Assembly (NCBI RefSeq): GCF_963921235.1
Contig: NC_086097.1
Location: 7,316,001 to 7,380,000, forward strand
DNA length: 64,000 nucleotides
Source of the DNA: Mobula hypostoma
Lineage: Eukaryota
Direction of reading: 5' to 3'
The notes beneath the pieces were generated by a model. That model was given only the letters and a program-made list of their open reading frames with translations, did not search any database and was not told the origin of the DNA. A program made the position numbers and the translations under genes. Shown in pieces: positions 49,483 through 62,689 of the stretch (positions are counted from its first letter, which is position 1; each line of letters opens with the position of its first letter).

Positions 49483-51043
49483 CTGTTAATTGTGGTGCGT
49501 CCTCCGAACGCTTGGCCTTTGTATACTTTTCAATCAGCTGATTAGTTGCTATTTCCGAAACTCAAACGTGACACGGGGAGGAAATCTCGTCGTTAATTGG
49601 TTGTGTGGCAAACTCCATGAGTTGTCATCTGGAATTTTGCAGGCATTGGGGACTTCAAAGAGATGGTTAGGAAGGCACTTTTTTGTGAGGGAAATAGAGG
49701 GATATGGATATTGTGTAGGCAGAAGGGATTCAGTTAGTTGGCCATTTGGTTATTTATTTATTTGGGTTGGCATAAGATTATAGGCCAAAGGGCCCGTCCC
49801 TGTGTAGTACTGTTCTATGTTCTAACTGCTCCTGCCCATCCAGTGTAATCCTATTACTTTCATGCAGCAGACTATTTTTTGTTGACGTGTGTGGTTCTGA
49901 TGGGAGCATTCTCCTCTTCAGCTTCACAACTGGTCTATTTATGTGCCTTTTCCCCACCTTTCTGTGTCCTCTCCAATTTATTTAGCATTGCTAATTTATT
50001 CAGCAATGTGAGAAATTTGAACTGAGGTGACCTTGGGGTAGAATTTGATGGTTGTAGAGGTGAGGTCAGTGGAAAGGAGGATTAACCAGGCTGTAAAGAG
50101 CTCTATTATCAGCAGTGAAAAGGTGGCAGAGAGGAGGGCAGGGAGAGTGGGAAGAGACAGTGTGCAGATAACAGTTCATATAACCGGAAACTGGGTAGAT
50201 GACTCCCAGGAACAATCATAGAAGCAGGAATTTTAATGATCCTGATTATCTTTCCTTTAAATATAACAATTGGATAGGTTATCATTGGCTTGGCTGATAC
50301 TTGCTGCCCACTTGACATCAACGTTTAGTTCTCATATTTTCTCATTCAGCCATGTGTATACGCTAGCTCACAGGACAGTTTCTTCAACCCCATCCTGTCA
50401 TTCCCCTGCTACGTATTTTTCTCCGTATTTTCATCGAAGTGGCACAGTAGCGCATCAGCTATTTAAGTGGAGTGTAAACTTTGACAACGAGCGCTCCAAC
50501 CGGAATCATTTGTGTGCTCTCCACTTGTTTTCCTGGAGCTCCAGTTTCCCCCCAACATCCCAAAATATGCCAGGTGGCAGATATAGAGTTATCCATTCTA
50601 ATCAAGGTGACCTTTTCCTCCCCCTTTCTCATGACCTGCCCATCACCTACCTCTGATTCCTCCACCTCCTTCCCTTTCTTCCATGGTTCAGTGTCCTCGC
50701 CTATCAGAATCCTTCTTCTTCAGCCCTTTACCTCTTTCACCTATGACCATCCAGCTTCTTACATCACCCTCCCTCTCACCTACCCACCTTCCCCCTCAAC
50801 TGCTCTCACTTAAGACCATAAGATATAGGAGCAGGGAGTACACACTGTGCAAATACATAAAGAAGGAAATAAGAAGAATAAATAAAGCAATAATATTGCA
50901 AACATGAGGTGACGAGTCCTTGGACTGAATGCGTAGGTTGTGGGATTATTTCAATGATGGGGTAAGTGAAGCTGAGTGACGAAAGTACAAATTAAACGTG
51001 GAACAAGCAATGTGGGGGATGTCCTCAATGAATACTTCTCTAT

Positions 51044-51952
51044 TACACTCAGTACCTAACTTTATTAGGTACATCCTTTACCTAATAAAGTGCCCACTAA
51101 TTATATATTTGTGGTCTTCTGCTGCCACTTTATTAGGTACACCTGTATATCTGTTTATTGATGTAAATATCTAATCATGTGTCAGCAATTCAATGCATGT
51201 TGTGGTTGTTAAGAGGTTCAGTTGTTTTACAGACCAAATATGAGAATGTTATCTATGTGACGTTGACCGCGGAGTGATTGTTGATGCCAGTCAGGGTGAT
51301 TTGAGTATATCAGGGACTACTGACTTCTAGCAATTTTTTTTCGGAGATACAATGTGGGACAGGCACCGCCCTGTAGCTCGTCGATTTAACCTTAGTCTAA
51401 ACACAGGACAATTTACAATGACCATTTAACTTACTAACCGGCATGTCACTTGACTGTGGGAAGAAACCGGACCATCCGGAGGAAACCCATGCGGTCACGG
51501 GGAAAACATACAAACTCCTTTCAGGAAAGTGGCAGAATTGAACTCTGAGCTCCGACACCCCCCCGCCCCCACTATAATAACATTGTGCGAAATGCTCTGC
51601 GGCTGTGGTGCTCCAACAAACGATTTTCTCACACAGCAGTCTCTCGGATTTACAGAGAATGGCACAAAAATCCAAAAAAAGAGACATCGAGTGAGCAGCG
51701 GTTCTGTAGGCAAAAGTGCCTCGTTAATGAGAGAGGTCGCAGAGGAATGGGTGGACTGGTTCAAGCTGACATGAAGGAGACAGTAACCCAGAAAACCACG
51801 TGTTACAACAGTGGTGTACAGAAGAGCATCTCTGAATGCAAAGCACGTAGTGCCCATATTGGATGGGCTACAGCAGCAGAAGACCACAAGCATACTCTCA
51901 GGGGCCACTACATTAGCCACAGGCAGTAGCTAATAAGGTGACCATTGAGTGT
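51044..51952 (+). mobile_element. Tc1-derived non-autonomous element with a V-SINE inserted (about 51335-51605)
   Basis: TA-CACTCAGT...TTTATTAGGTACA and TAATAAGGTGACCATTGAGTG ends; transposase N-terminal remnants (SRIYREW...KTSSE). Confidence 0.7.
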
Positions 51953-51981
51953 GGACACACCATTGCAAGCAGCCTTAGTAG

Positions 51982-52840
51982 TACATAGAACATAGAACAT
52001 GACCATAATTCCATAAGGCATAGGAGCAGAATTAGGCCATTCAGCCCATCGAGTCTGCTCCATCATTCGAATATGGCTGATCCTGGATCTCATTCAACCC
52101 CATACACCTGCATTCTCTCCATATCCTTTGATGACCCGACTGATCGTAGAACGTAGAGGAGTACAGCACAGGAACAGGCCATTCAGCCCACAATGTTGTG
52201 CCGAGCCAGCTAAAAAAACAAATCAAAAACACCTAAGTACTCAGTGGGACTAGGCAGAAAATAGTTCGGCACAGCCAAGAAGAGCCAAAAGCCCTGTTTC
52301 TGTGCTGTAGTTTTTCTATGGTTTCTGTGGTTTCTACTAACCCTTCTATCTATACCATGTCCCTATCCCTTCATCTATCTTACCGCCAAATGACTATCCA
52401 AATATCTTTTTAATGCCTCTGAAGTGTTTGCCTCTACCAGCATACCAGGCAGCGCATTCTAGGCATCCACAACTCTTTAAGCAAAAAACTTACCCCTCAC
52501 TTCCCCTTTGAACCTACCCCCTCTCACCTTCAATGCATGCCCTCTGGTAATAAACAGTGAAACCCTGGGAAACAGATGCATTCTGTTCACTCTATCTATG
52601 CCTCTTATAACCTTATAAACCACGATCAGATCTCCCCTCAGCCTCAGGCATTCCAGAGAAAACAACCCAATATTATCCAGCCTCTTGTGATAGCACATCC
52701 CCTCTAAACCAGGCAGCACCCTAGTGAATCTCTTCTGCACCCTCTCCAAAGCCTCAACATCCTTCCTATAGTGGGGTGACCAGAACTGTATGTGTATGCA
52801 ATACTCCAGATGTGGCCTAACCACATAATTTGCAACATAA
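51982..52840 (-). mobile_element. Stacked CR1 3' ends
   Basis: Several CR1 tails in series (one + strand tail at about 52245-52335) and ORF 52477-52824 VRPHLEYC. Confidence 0.8.
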
Positions 52841-53266
52841 GGAAAAAAGGCGTAGAATACGTTCTACTCAACTGCTTAGACTAATAGGTTCCTTAAGGTT
52901 GTTATAGCCAGGGGTGATAATGAGATTAAGCTCCCACTACCTATTAAATGCTCCCAATGGCATGCACCTCAAATAGCCTCTGATAACCAAGTCCAGCTCC
53001 TGCATACTAGTCCATAAGGTATCCTGATCTACTTATAATACATGTGGAGGAATTGATACAATGATATCACACCAGACACAATCTTTGAGAGACAGAGTTA
53101 AATTTCACAAAGTACAATTCAAGCCCAATCTATAATTGTACTAAAATGTATCAGCAAAGATTCAGAGACATTCAAAAAGTGTTTGCACCTGAAATATGTC
53201 AGTATTGTCTTACTTATATTTGTGACAGAGAGCACTACATAGCCCCACTCCATACATATGCACATT

Positions 53267-53269
<3 letters not shown>

Positions 53270-53313
<44 letters not shown>

Positions 53314-53438
53314 ACACAGACACACACACACAGACACACACAAACACACACACCCACACACACACGCACACAGACACAGACACACACACACAGACACACA
53401 CAAACACACACACATATACACATACAAGTACAGACACA

Positions 53439-53484
<46 letters not shown>

Positions 53485-53497
53485 CACACACAAACAC
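53270..53497. repeat. Compound (CA)n microsatellite with a 60-bp higher-order unit
   Basis: CACACGCACACAGACACAGACACACACACACAGACACACACAAACACACA at 53301 and 53361. Confidence 0.92.
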
Positions 53498-53755
53498 ATT
53501 TGCCTTGTCATTTTGCAATTGTGCTGAGCATATGCTCTTCAATGTCTTCCCTGGTATATCTCATATCAGGCCCTAAAGGGTTTGGCTTTCCCGCCATACA
53601 CATGTCTTTATAGGGATGTGTAAATGTGTATATGTTGCTTGTATACAGTATTTAAGGTAGATATTTCTGTTTATTTTTAATATGATTGTATTGTGGGGTG
53701 CAGCATATTCTAGTCTGAAGTTAACTTAGAGGGTAATTGAAGATGGTATGCCCTG

Positions 53756-55730
53756 ATGAACAACAGATGGTGTAATCTCAGTCACATTTCCGTGAAAGAA
53801 CAAATCTGTAGTTTGGACATCAAAATGCTTGCTGTGAGCTTGCGTCCATTTTATCTACCGTATGAGTTCAGCTACGCCATATTGCTCATTGTTTACATTC
53901 CACCTTCCCGACGCAGTCCCGATGTTGCATGTGATGTCATACACACTACCATCGGAAGGCTCCACCCCAATGCGTTCATTGCAGTATCAGAAGGCTTCAA
54001 CTATGTTTCTCTCTCGACAACCCTAACCACCTTTGATCAGTTTGTCAAGTGTCACACAAGAGAAAATAAAACTCTGGATCTCTTGTATGTAAATGCTAAA
54101 GATGCATACAGCTCCACAGCTCTCCCCCCACTTGCAAGATCAGATCACAACCTGGTTCTCCTCATTCCCTTGGATAAGCCCAAAGTTGTTGTTGTTGTTC
54201 GTCCATCGTACGTCGATGAGGACCTCGACTCCATTATTGATGGTGTCGAGACTAGCGCGTGATTTGGATTTAAGTGAGGGAGAGTTGCGCAGTGTCAGCC
54301 TTACTCTCTCTTCCCAATTCCCATCTGGATCCAGTGGCAAGACAGAGTCGAGACGGCTGGAGATGGGACTAGGTGCAGTGGATGACCAGGACGTCTTCTG
54401 TGTCTTGTCCTGCTCTACACGTTCCACGACGCTTGCGGAGACCGCCTTCTTGACCGTTGGACTTTCCATTGGTCTCATCCGCTCAATCCGCCGGAGTCTG
54501 TCTTCACATGCTGGGATAGACAACTCCCTATCTCACCGAGGGTTTGAGACCCATCAGCTACCCAAAGTACAGCAACTAGCTACCACCAAATTGGTAAAGA
54601 AAAGGTCTCCAGAGGCCAACAAGGCCTTGAGGGGGTGGTTTGAGGTTACTGATTGGAATGTGCTTTGTGAACCATACCAGGAGGACATTAACAGACTCAC
54701 TGCTTGCATCATTGGCTACACCAACTTCCCAACCACAAAAAGAGGGCATTTAGATCAGGAGACGAGGAGGGAGTAAAACATGTGGAGAGGGAGCTAGAAG
54801 AGAAGATCAAGGTGGCTAAAGAGCAATATAGAAGAGAGCAGGAGAACAAGCTTGGGCAGAGTAGCTCACGGGAGGTGTGGAGAGACATGAGGAACATCAC
54901 TGGCTTCAGTCAGCCTAGCTGTAGAGCCTCAGAATGCAGCTGTGAATGGGCAAATGAGTTAAACCAATTCTTCAATAGGTTTGAAATTGCCCGTCTGTTC
55001 ACACACCTCTCAGCACACCAGTCCAGGTGCAAAGGCACCCAATGCTCCCTCAGCACCAATAACTCCCCTCCTCCCTCTTCCCCCTTCCAGTTCAACTCAT
55101 GGTTGAACAACACAGGCTACCACTGTGTTCAGCCCATCCTTGCCCTGCACCTACCTTCCACACCTCTACATACTAACTGCTATCGTCCCGATCTTCACCT
55201 CCCCCAACCCCTACCTTCCACCAACTCCCCAGTCATCATAGACTCAACTTCTCTGGGGTAACTCAGGCATGGCAAAGCATTGGGACTGGATGGTGTGAAC
55301 TCCAGGGTCCTGAACGAGTGTGCTAAGCAGCTGTGTGGGGTTCTCCAGCAGCACTTCAATATGAGATTCAGCCTGGAAAGAGTTCCGACTGTGTGGAAAA
55401 CATCATGCGTGGTCTCAGTACCCAAGAAGGGCCAATCAGAAGTCCTGAATGACAATCGTCTAGTGGCCCTGACCTCACACATCATGAAGACCCTGGAGAG
55501 GCTGGTCCTGACTCAGCTCCGACCCCTGGTCAGATCAACCCTCGATCTCCTGCAGTTTCCCTACCAGGAGCACATTGGAGTCGATGATGCTGTCATTTAC
55601 CTTCTGAGCAAAGTCTACTCCCATATGGCAGCACTGTGAGGATCATGTTTTTTTGATTTCCCAAGTGCCTTCAATACCATACAGCCTGCATTGCTGGGGG
55701 AAAAGCTCCTTTAAATGCAGGTTGGCACTT
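53756..55730 (+). mobile_element. Rex1/Babar LINE fragment (EN, linker, RT N-terminus)
   Basis: NNRWC, LRPFYLPYEF, VYIPP, SDHNLVLL, WKTSCVVSVPK, VALTSHIMKTLERLVL. Confidence 0.88.
54187..54560 (-). mobile_element. 5'-truncated RTE-related non-autonomous element with (CAA)n tail
   Basis: TSD CCCAAAGT at 54179-54186 and 54561-54568; shares about 200 bp with 20134-20330. Confidence 0.8.
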
Positions 55731-56180
55731 TCATAGAACATAAAACATAGAAGTTTACAGCACATTACAGGCCCTTCAGCTCACAATGTTCTGCTAACCG
55801 TGCAACAACTCTAGAAACCCTCCAGCAGGACTTGAAACGGCCGGAAACGTCAACTGTGCTTTTTCCCATAGATGCTGCCTGGCCCATTTCGTTCCTTCAG
55901 CAGTTTGTGTGTGTTGCTCGGATTTCCAGCATCTGCAGATTTTCCCTTGTTTGTGACAGAAATAAAGTAGTCATTTGCTAGATTTTCTCCACAATCATGT
56001 TGCTTTATGATTGCAATAAAGTGTCACTTTATGGACATACAATCAATCTATGCATAGGAGCTATCTTATGCACCACTCCCATCAGAGAGAAGGCTACATA
56101 GTATCCACACTGGGATTACCAAACTCAAAAACAGTTACTTTCCCAAAGCAGTAAGGCTGATCAACACACCCACCTATTAA

Positions 56181-56644
56181 AGCCCAATTTATGCTTCTGT
56201 GTCAAATGTACGCCATAGGTATGGCATAGCCGCGTACCCTATGCTGTACTCTACGCCAAAACCCACGCCATAGCCTAACGCGCACCGCTCCCAAAATGTA
56301 ACTACGCGTTGCGGTGACGCAGAACGCAACAACTGTGATAGGTCCGCTTGGTAGCATCGCATTTCCTCCTACGCATTTCCGGTTGCTTCTTCTTCTCCGC
56401 CATTTCAGAATGAAGAAGGAAGAGAGAAGAAGAATGTGAGTTGGAGAACTCCAACATGATACGCTCAGTTTCAATCGCCATTGTTTGAAGTACAGGAAGA
56501 AACTCAACACAGTGGCATAGAAGCCCTACCGCCAACTAGCGTTATGGCGGTGAATTGCCAATACACAAACATAAATGCTCACAACGGCGTAGGCCACTTG
56601 CGTAGGCTACGGCGTAGCCCATAAACACAAGTAAAAATCAGCCT
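56181..56644. mobile_element. PIF/Harbinger-type MITE
   Basis: TAA at 56178-56180 and 56645-56647. Imperfect TIRs AGCCCAATTTATGCTTCTGTGT and AGGCTGATTTTTACTTGTGT. Subterminal TACGCC/GGCGTA repeats; CpG-rich. Confidence 0.75.
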
Positions 56645-56649
56645 TAACT

Positions 56650-57490
56650 CCACCACTACTTTATCATTTCCTGTCAGTCACTTTATGTACAGGTACAGGA
56701 GCCTGAAGGCACACATGCAACGATTCAGGAACAGCTTCTTCCCCTCTGCCATCTAATTTCTGAATGGACAATGGACCCATGAACACCACCACACCACTTC
56801 TCTTATTTCTATTTTGCGCTACTTATTTAACCTAAATAATTAATATACACATATACTCACTGTAATTCAGTTTTTTTTCTTTTCTATTATTATGTATTGC
56901 TTTGTACTGCTGCCACAAAGTTAACAAATTTCACGGCATATGCCAGTGATATTAACTCTGATTCTGATTTTGATTTCTGTGCCCAGCATCACATTATGGA
57001 CACACAATCAATCTATGTGTATAAGCTATCTTATGTATCTGCATTTATTGTGTTTTATTTTTATTATTGTGCTCTTCATCTTATTGTGTTTTCTTTGTGC
57101 TGCATCGGATCTGGAGTAGCAATTATTACATTCTCCTTTACACTTGTGAACTGGAAATGATGTTAAACACTTGAATCTTGAATCCTTTACAGCTTTGCTT
57201 GACGCTTTGCTATGGTTGAGGTACTGGCTCCCAGGACTACCATGCATACCTTATCATTTCCTGTCAGAGTCATCCAATGTACAAACTTTGTACAAAGACT
57301 CCTGTGCCTAGTGTCACTTTATGGACATACAATCAATCTATGTATAGAAGCTATCTTATTGTATTTTTTTTTATTATTGTGCTACTTATTATGTTTTTCG
57401 TGCTGATTCAGATCTGGACTGACAATTATTTTGTTCTGCTTTACACTTGTGTACTGGAAATAACATTAAACATTAAATGACCTTAAACAA
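56650..57490 (+). mobile_element. Cluster of Rex1-like 3' tails
   Basis: Repeated CACTTTATGGACATACAATCAATCTATG blocks, an RFRNSFFPSAI remnant, and TCTTGAA/TTCTGA tails. Confidence 0.6.
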
Positions 57491-58079
57491 TAAACAATCT
57501 CAGAGCTTTCACTTATACAAGTACAGCAATCCCAGACTAAGAGGGCAGAATGCAACTTTAACATCCCATGTATCCCTCTGCATGTTTTTGATACAATCTT
57601 TGTGGTTGCTTGCTTGAGGGAGATAGAGGACTGGAAGTAATTATTGGAGGACCAAGGTTTAATGATACACTGACCTCGCTCTTTTATTCCTTGACTTTTT
57701 CACTCATAGAAGATCAGCTGCTCAGTGCTCTGGTCTCTTTCCCCTTGGGCATGTAATGATTGAGGACAATCTTGCTTTCGTTCATGCCACATCACTCTTT
57801 ATGACACCTCAGGGCTCTGTGGCTACGGGACATGACTTGACTTTCCTATCGTTTCTCCATTTCGTTCTGGCCAGGCAGTAAAAGCAGTCAGCGAGCGGGG
57901 GTGGGGAAGAGGAGTAGACTGGAGCGAGGTCAAGTTATTCGGCTGCTCATGAAGCAATATTTATTGATCTTGGAGGACCTCCACAGACATGATTATTTAT
58001 TTTGTTTAGAGACACGGCAAGGAAAAGGCCCCATCAGCCCAACGAGGCATGCCACTTGGCAATCCACATACTAAACACT

Positions 58080-58575
58080 AAAGGGCTGCATGGGAGGGAT
58101 AGCACCCCTGATGAAGGGGCTTGTGGTGTCCCTTCTGGGACAGCTCCCTCACCTTTGGTCCCTACTGGACATTCAGTTCTCACCTGTGGCTCCAAGTAGC
58201 TGTTCGCATGCGACGGCGGCTACAACCAGGGACATCGCTTCGACAGGCCAGCTAAACCAGGTGGGGGTAGCCGTCAGGTTTCATATCTGGTGAGACAGGG
58301 ACATGCCTGCCCCAGAATGTGAAATCAACTCTGATGGACAGAGAGGACAAGACCTACAGTGAGATTCAACGGCCAGGAAGGCAGTTCTGTAACACTCCGT
58401 GGAGAGCGAACATCATGATAAGGCACAGAAGTCATGCCCCTCCACTGCAACCAAGGAAGACCCTAGTTTGTGGTTTGTGATGACTACTCGTACCACTGGA
58501 CCCAGTTCTGCAATGTCAAGAGAGTGGAACTGCCCCAGCGCAACTTTAAAAATTCTCCTACTCAGGTTTCCTGTC
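58080..58575 (+). mobile_element. RTE-related 5' leader, diverged relative of 20133-20516
   Basis: Shared blocks TAGCACC, CACCTTTGGTCCC, TAGCTGTT, GCTAAAC.AGGTG, CAACGG.CA.GAAG and TCCACTGC, in the same order. Confidence 0.6.
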
Positions 58576-58874
58576 ACTGTGAGATAGAGCAGACAATCTC
58601 CAATCACAGGAATTCTCCTGAACATTCTGTCACAGCACACAGTCCTATAATAGCTTTACCCTGAGACTCAGGTGATCTCTACACAGTGACAGAGTCTGCA
58701 TTTTCATCCAGACTCAGTCTGCGAGTCAGTCAATGATGCGCCAGATGGGTCTCAGCTCAAGTCATACATTGTATGTAATTATCAAGGTTAATTATGGGAA
58801 CAGACTGAGCATTTTATAGCTTACCTGGATTCTGAGCCTAGGGAATGAGATAACGTGCCTTGGCTGAAATGGAA

Positions 58875-59020
58875 CACACAGAAAATGCTGGCGGAATTCA
58901 GCAGGTCGGGCAAGTCTATAAAAATGAATAAACACTCATCGTTTCGGGCCGAGACCATTCATGGCGACTGGTCAGGATGGTGGAGAAAGCCAGACTAAGA
59001 AGGTGGAAGAAGGGGAAAAA
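58875..59020 (-). mobile_element. Penelope-derived pLTR fragment, degenerate hammerhead
   Basis: Reverse complement of GGTCTCGGCCCGAAACG plus the shared 3' block. Confidence 0.7.
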
Positions 59021-62000
59021 GGAGCAGGGATCAGGGATTCAGATTTCTGGATAAATATGACCTCTTCTAGGGCAGGTGGGATCTGTACAAAAGGGACAGA
59101 TTGCACTTGAATCTAAGGGGGACCAATATTCTTGTGAGCAGGTTTACTAGAGCTGGTGGGAGTGGTTTAAACTAATATGTCAGGGAGATGGGAACCAGTA
59201 TGATAGAGCTGAGGATAAGCCAGCAGGTTTACAAGTCGAGGATGAGTGTAACATCAATGTCAGGAAGGACAACCCAATGACTGAGCACAAATGCAGACAG
59301 CGCGAAGAGATAAATTGTACCATGGATGCAAAGTTCAAAAGGGCAAAGAATGCAGGTCTGAAGGTGCTGTACTTAAATGCGTGTAGCATTTGGAATAAGG
59401 TGGACGAACTTGTGGTGTAATTAGAGATTGGTCAGTATGACGTTGTGCACATCACTGAATCTTGGCTGAAAGAAGGCCGTAGTTGGGAGCTTAACATCAA
59501 AGGATATAATTTGTATCGAAAGGACGGGCAGGAAGGCACAAGCAGTGGTGTGGCTCTGTTGGTAAGAGATGGACTTACATCTCTATAAAGAGGTGACATA
59601 GGGTCAGAGAATGTTGAATCTTTGTGGGTGGAGTGAAGAATTTGCAAGGGTGAAAAAACCATTATGGGAATCATATCTAGGCCTCCAAATAATAGCCAAG
59701 ATGTAGGGTTTAAATTGCAAAGGGAGCTGGAAAAAGCATGTAATAGGGTAATGACACAACTGTAATGGGGACTTGAATATGAAGGGGAATTGGGAAAAAT
59801 CGGATTGGTGTTGGATCGCAAAAGAGGGAATTTGTTGCAGCACACACAAAATGCTGGTGGAACGTAGCAGGCCAGGCAGCATCTATAGGAAGAAGTACAG
59901 TCGACGTTTCGGACCTAGACCCTTCGTCGGGACTAACTGAAAGCAGAGATAGTAAGAGATTTGAAAGTGGGAGGGGGAGAGGGAGATCAGAAATGATAGG
60001 AGAAGACAGGAGGGGGAGGGATGGAGCTAAGAGCTGGACAGGTGATTGGCAAAAGGGATACAGTGCTGTAGAAGGGAGAGGATCATGGGACGGGAGGCCA
60101 AGGGGGAAAGAAAGGGGGAGGGGAGCCCAGACGAAGATGGAGATCAAGCAAGGAGTTATAGTGAGAGGGACAGAGGGAGAGAAAAAAGGGGAAAAAATAA
60201 AAAATAGTAAATAAATAAATAAGGGATAGAGTAAGAAGGGGAGGAACCTACAAGATGGCTTTTTAGAGCAGCCTGTGCATGAGCCTACGTAGGGAAAGGC
60301 TATCTTAGATTGGTGTTGTGTAATTACCCAGATCTTATTAGGGAGCTTACTCAGAAGGAATGTTTAGGAGGCAGTGTTCATGATATGATTGAATTCACAC
60401 TGCAGTGTGAGAGGGAGAAGCATAACTCACATCAATCAGTGTTAGAATGGAATAAAAGGAATTACAGAGGCATGACAGAGGAACTTGTCCAAGTGGATTA
60501 GAGAAGGACACTGCCGAGTGTGACAGCAGAGCAGAGCTGGCCGGAGTTTCTGGGAATAGTTCATAAAGAGCAGAACAGATATGTCCACAGAGGAAGAAGT
60601 TCTCAAATGGCAGGGGCAGGCAACCATGGCTGGCAAGAGAAGTTAAGGATAGCATAAAAACCAAGGAAAGGGCATATAAGGTAGCAAAAGTGAGTGGGAA
60701 GTTAGATGATTGGGAAGTTTTAAAAATTCAACAAAAGGCAACTGAAAAAATAATAAGAAAGGAAAAGATAAAATATGAGGGCACACTAGCCAATAAAATG
60801 AAGCAGGACACCAAAAGATTTTTCAGTTATATAAAGAGTAAAAGAGAGGTGGGAGTTGATGTTGAACCACTGGAAAATGATGCTGGTGAGGTAGTAATGG
60901 GGGATAAAGATGAACTTAATGGGTACTTTGCATCTGTCTTCAGCATGGAAGACACCAGCAGTGTGTCATCAGTGTCCGAGAGCTGGAATGAGTGAAATTG
61001 GAAAAAGTGACAGTTAACTCAAAGATCTTAAGCTGGATAAGTCACCTGGACCAGTCGGACTACATCCCAGAATCCTGAAAGAGATTGCTGAAGCGATAAC
61101 GATGCTTTGGTCATGAATTTTCAAGAATCAATTGATTCTGGCATGGTCCTGGAGGACTGGAAAATTGCAAATGTCACTCCACTCTTTAAGAAGGGAGGAA
61201 GTCAAAAGGAAGGAAATTATAGGCTACTTAAGCTAACCTCAATGGTTGGAAAGTGTTGAAGTCTATTATTTAGGGTGAGGTTTTGGGGTACTTGGAAAAT
61301 AATGATAAAATAAGTCAAAGTCAGCATGGTTTATGTGAAGGGAAATGTTGCCTGACAAATCTGTTAGAGTTCTTTGAGGAAGTAACAAGCAATCTGAACA
61401 AAGAAGAGGGAGTGGATGTCATTTACTTGGATTTCAGAAGGCATTTGATAAAGTGCTACACATGAGGCTGCTTAAGAAGATAAAATCCTATGACATTACA
61501 GGAACAATACTGGCATGGATTGAGGAAAGTCTGACAGTCAGGAGGGAGCAAGCGGGAATAAAAGGGGCCTTTTCTAGTTGGCTGTCAATGGCTATTAGTG
61601 TTCCTTAGGGGTCATATTGGGACTGCTATTTTTCACATTATTTGTCAATGATTGGGATAATGAAATTGATGGCTTTGTGGCAAAGTTTGCAGATGATACG
61701 AAGATAGGTGGAGAGTTAGATAGTGCTGAGCAAGCAATGCAGTTGCAGCAGGACTTGGACAAATTGGAAGAATGGGTAAAAAAGTGGCAGATGGAATACA
61801 GTGTTGGGAAATGTATGATAATGTATTTTGTTAAAAGGAACAATGGTGCAGGCTATTATCTAGATGGGGAGAAGGCTCAAACATCAGAGGTGCAGTGGGA
61901 CTTAGGAGTCCTCATGCAAGACTTCCAGGAGGTTAACTTACAAGTTGAGTCTGTGGTAAAGAAGGCAAATACAATGTTGGCATTTATTTCAAGGGGAGTA

Positions 62001-62610
62001 GAATGTAGAAGCAAGGAGATAGTGCTGAGCCTTTATAAGACACTAGTCAGGCCACATTTGGAGTATTGTCAACAGCTTGGGCCCCATATCTCAGAAAGGA
62101 TGTGTTGTCATTGGTGAGAGTCCAGAGGAGTTTCATGAGCTTGATTCTGGAAATGAAGGGGTTAACATATGAGCAGCATTTGGCATCTCTGGGCTATACT
62201 CACTGGAATTTAGAAGAATGCATGGGGATATCATTGAAACCTCCCAAATTTTGGAAGGGCTAGATAGAGGGGATGTGGAGAGGATGTTTCCTATGGTGGG
62301 CTGCCCAGAACTAGAGGGCACAGCCTCAAAATTGAGGGGTGACCCTTTAGAACAGGGGTAAGGAGGATTTTTTTAGCCAGAGGTTAGTAAATCTGTGGAA
62401 TGCTCTGCCACAGACTGCAGCAGAGACCAGGTCCGTGCATGTATTTAAGGCAGAAGTTGATTGTTTGCTGACCGGTCAGGACATCAAAGGATATGGGAGG
62501 AAGGCAGGTGCATGGGGTTGAGTGGGTTCCTGATCAACCATAATGGAAAGGCGGAGCAGACCCAATGGGTTGAATAGCATAATTCTGCTCCCATGTCTTA
62601 AGGTCTTATA
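59020..62610 (+). mobile_element. Long decayed CR1 (ORF1 end, whole ORF2, 3' UTR)
   Basis: KVLYLNA, ITESWL, KSPGP, CLTNLLEFFEE, KFADDTKIG; interrupted at 59838-60246. Confidence 0.9.
59838..60246 (-). mobile_element. Penelope-derived pLTR insertion with hammerhead (59898-59935, core CCGACGA)
   Basis: TAGTC-CCGACGA-AGGGTCTAGGTCC-GAAACGTC/GACTG on the minus strand; splits the CR1 endonuclease. Confidence 0.85.
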
Positions 62611-62689
62611 GACGATTTAGAAGGTAATAGGTAAAGCCAGGTGAGTAGGGGGAGATGTAGTGAGAAGCTGGGAAGTGATAACAGCATGA

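Noticed and set aside
53146..53613. His/Thr- and Cys/Val-rich ORFs on both strands
   Set aside because: Translations of the (CA)n microsatellite.
58682..58725. CACAGTG heptamer as a V(D)J recombination signal
   Set aside because: No nonamer at 12- or 23-bp spacing and no Ig/TCR segment nearby.
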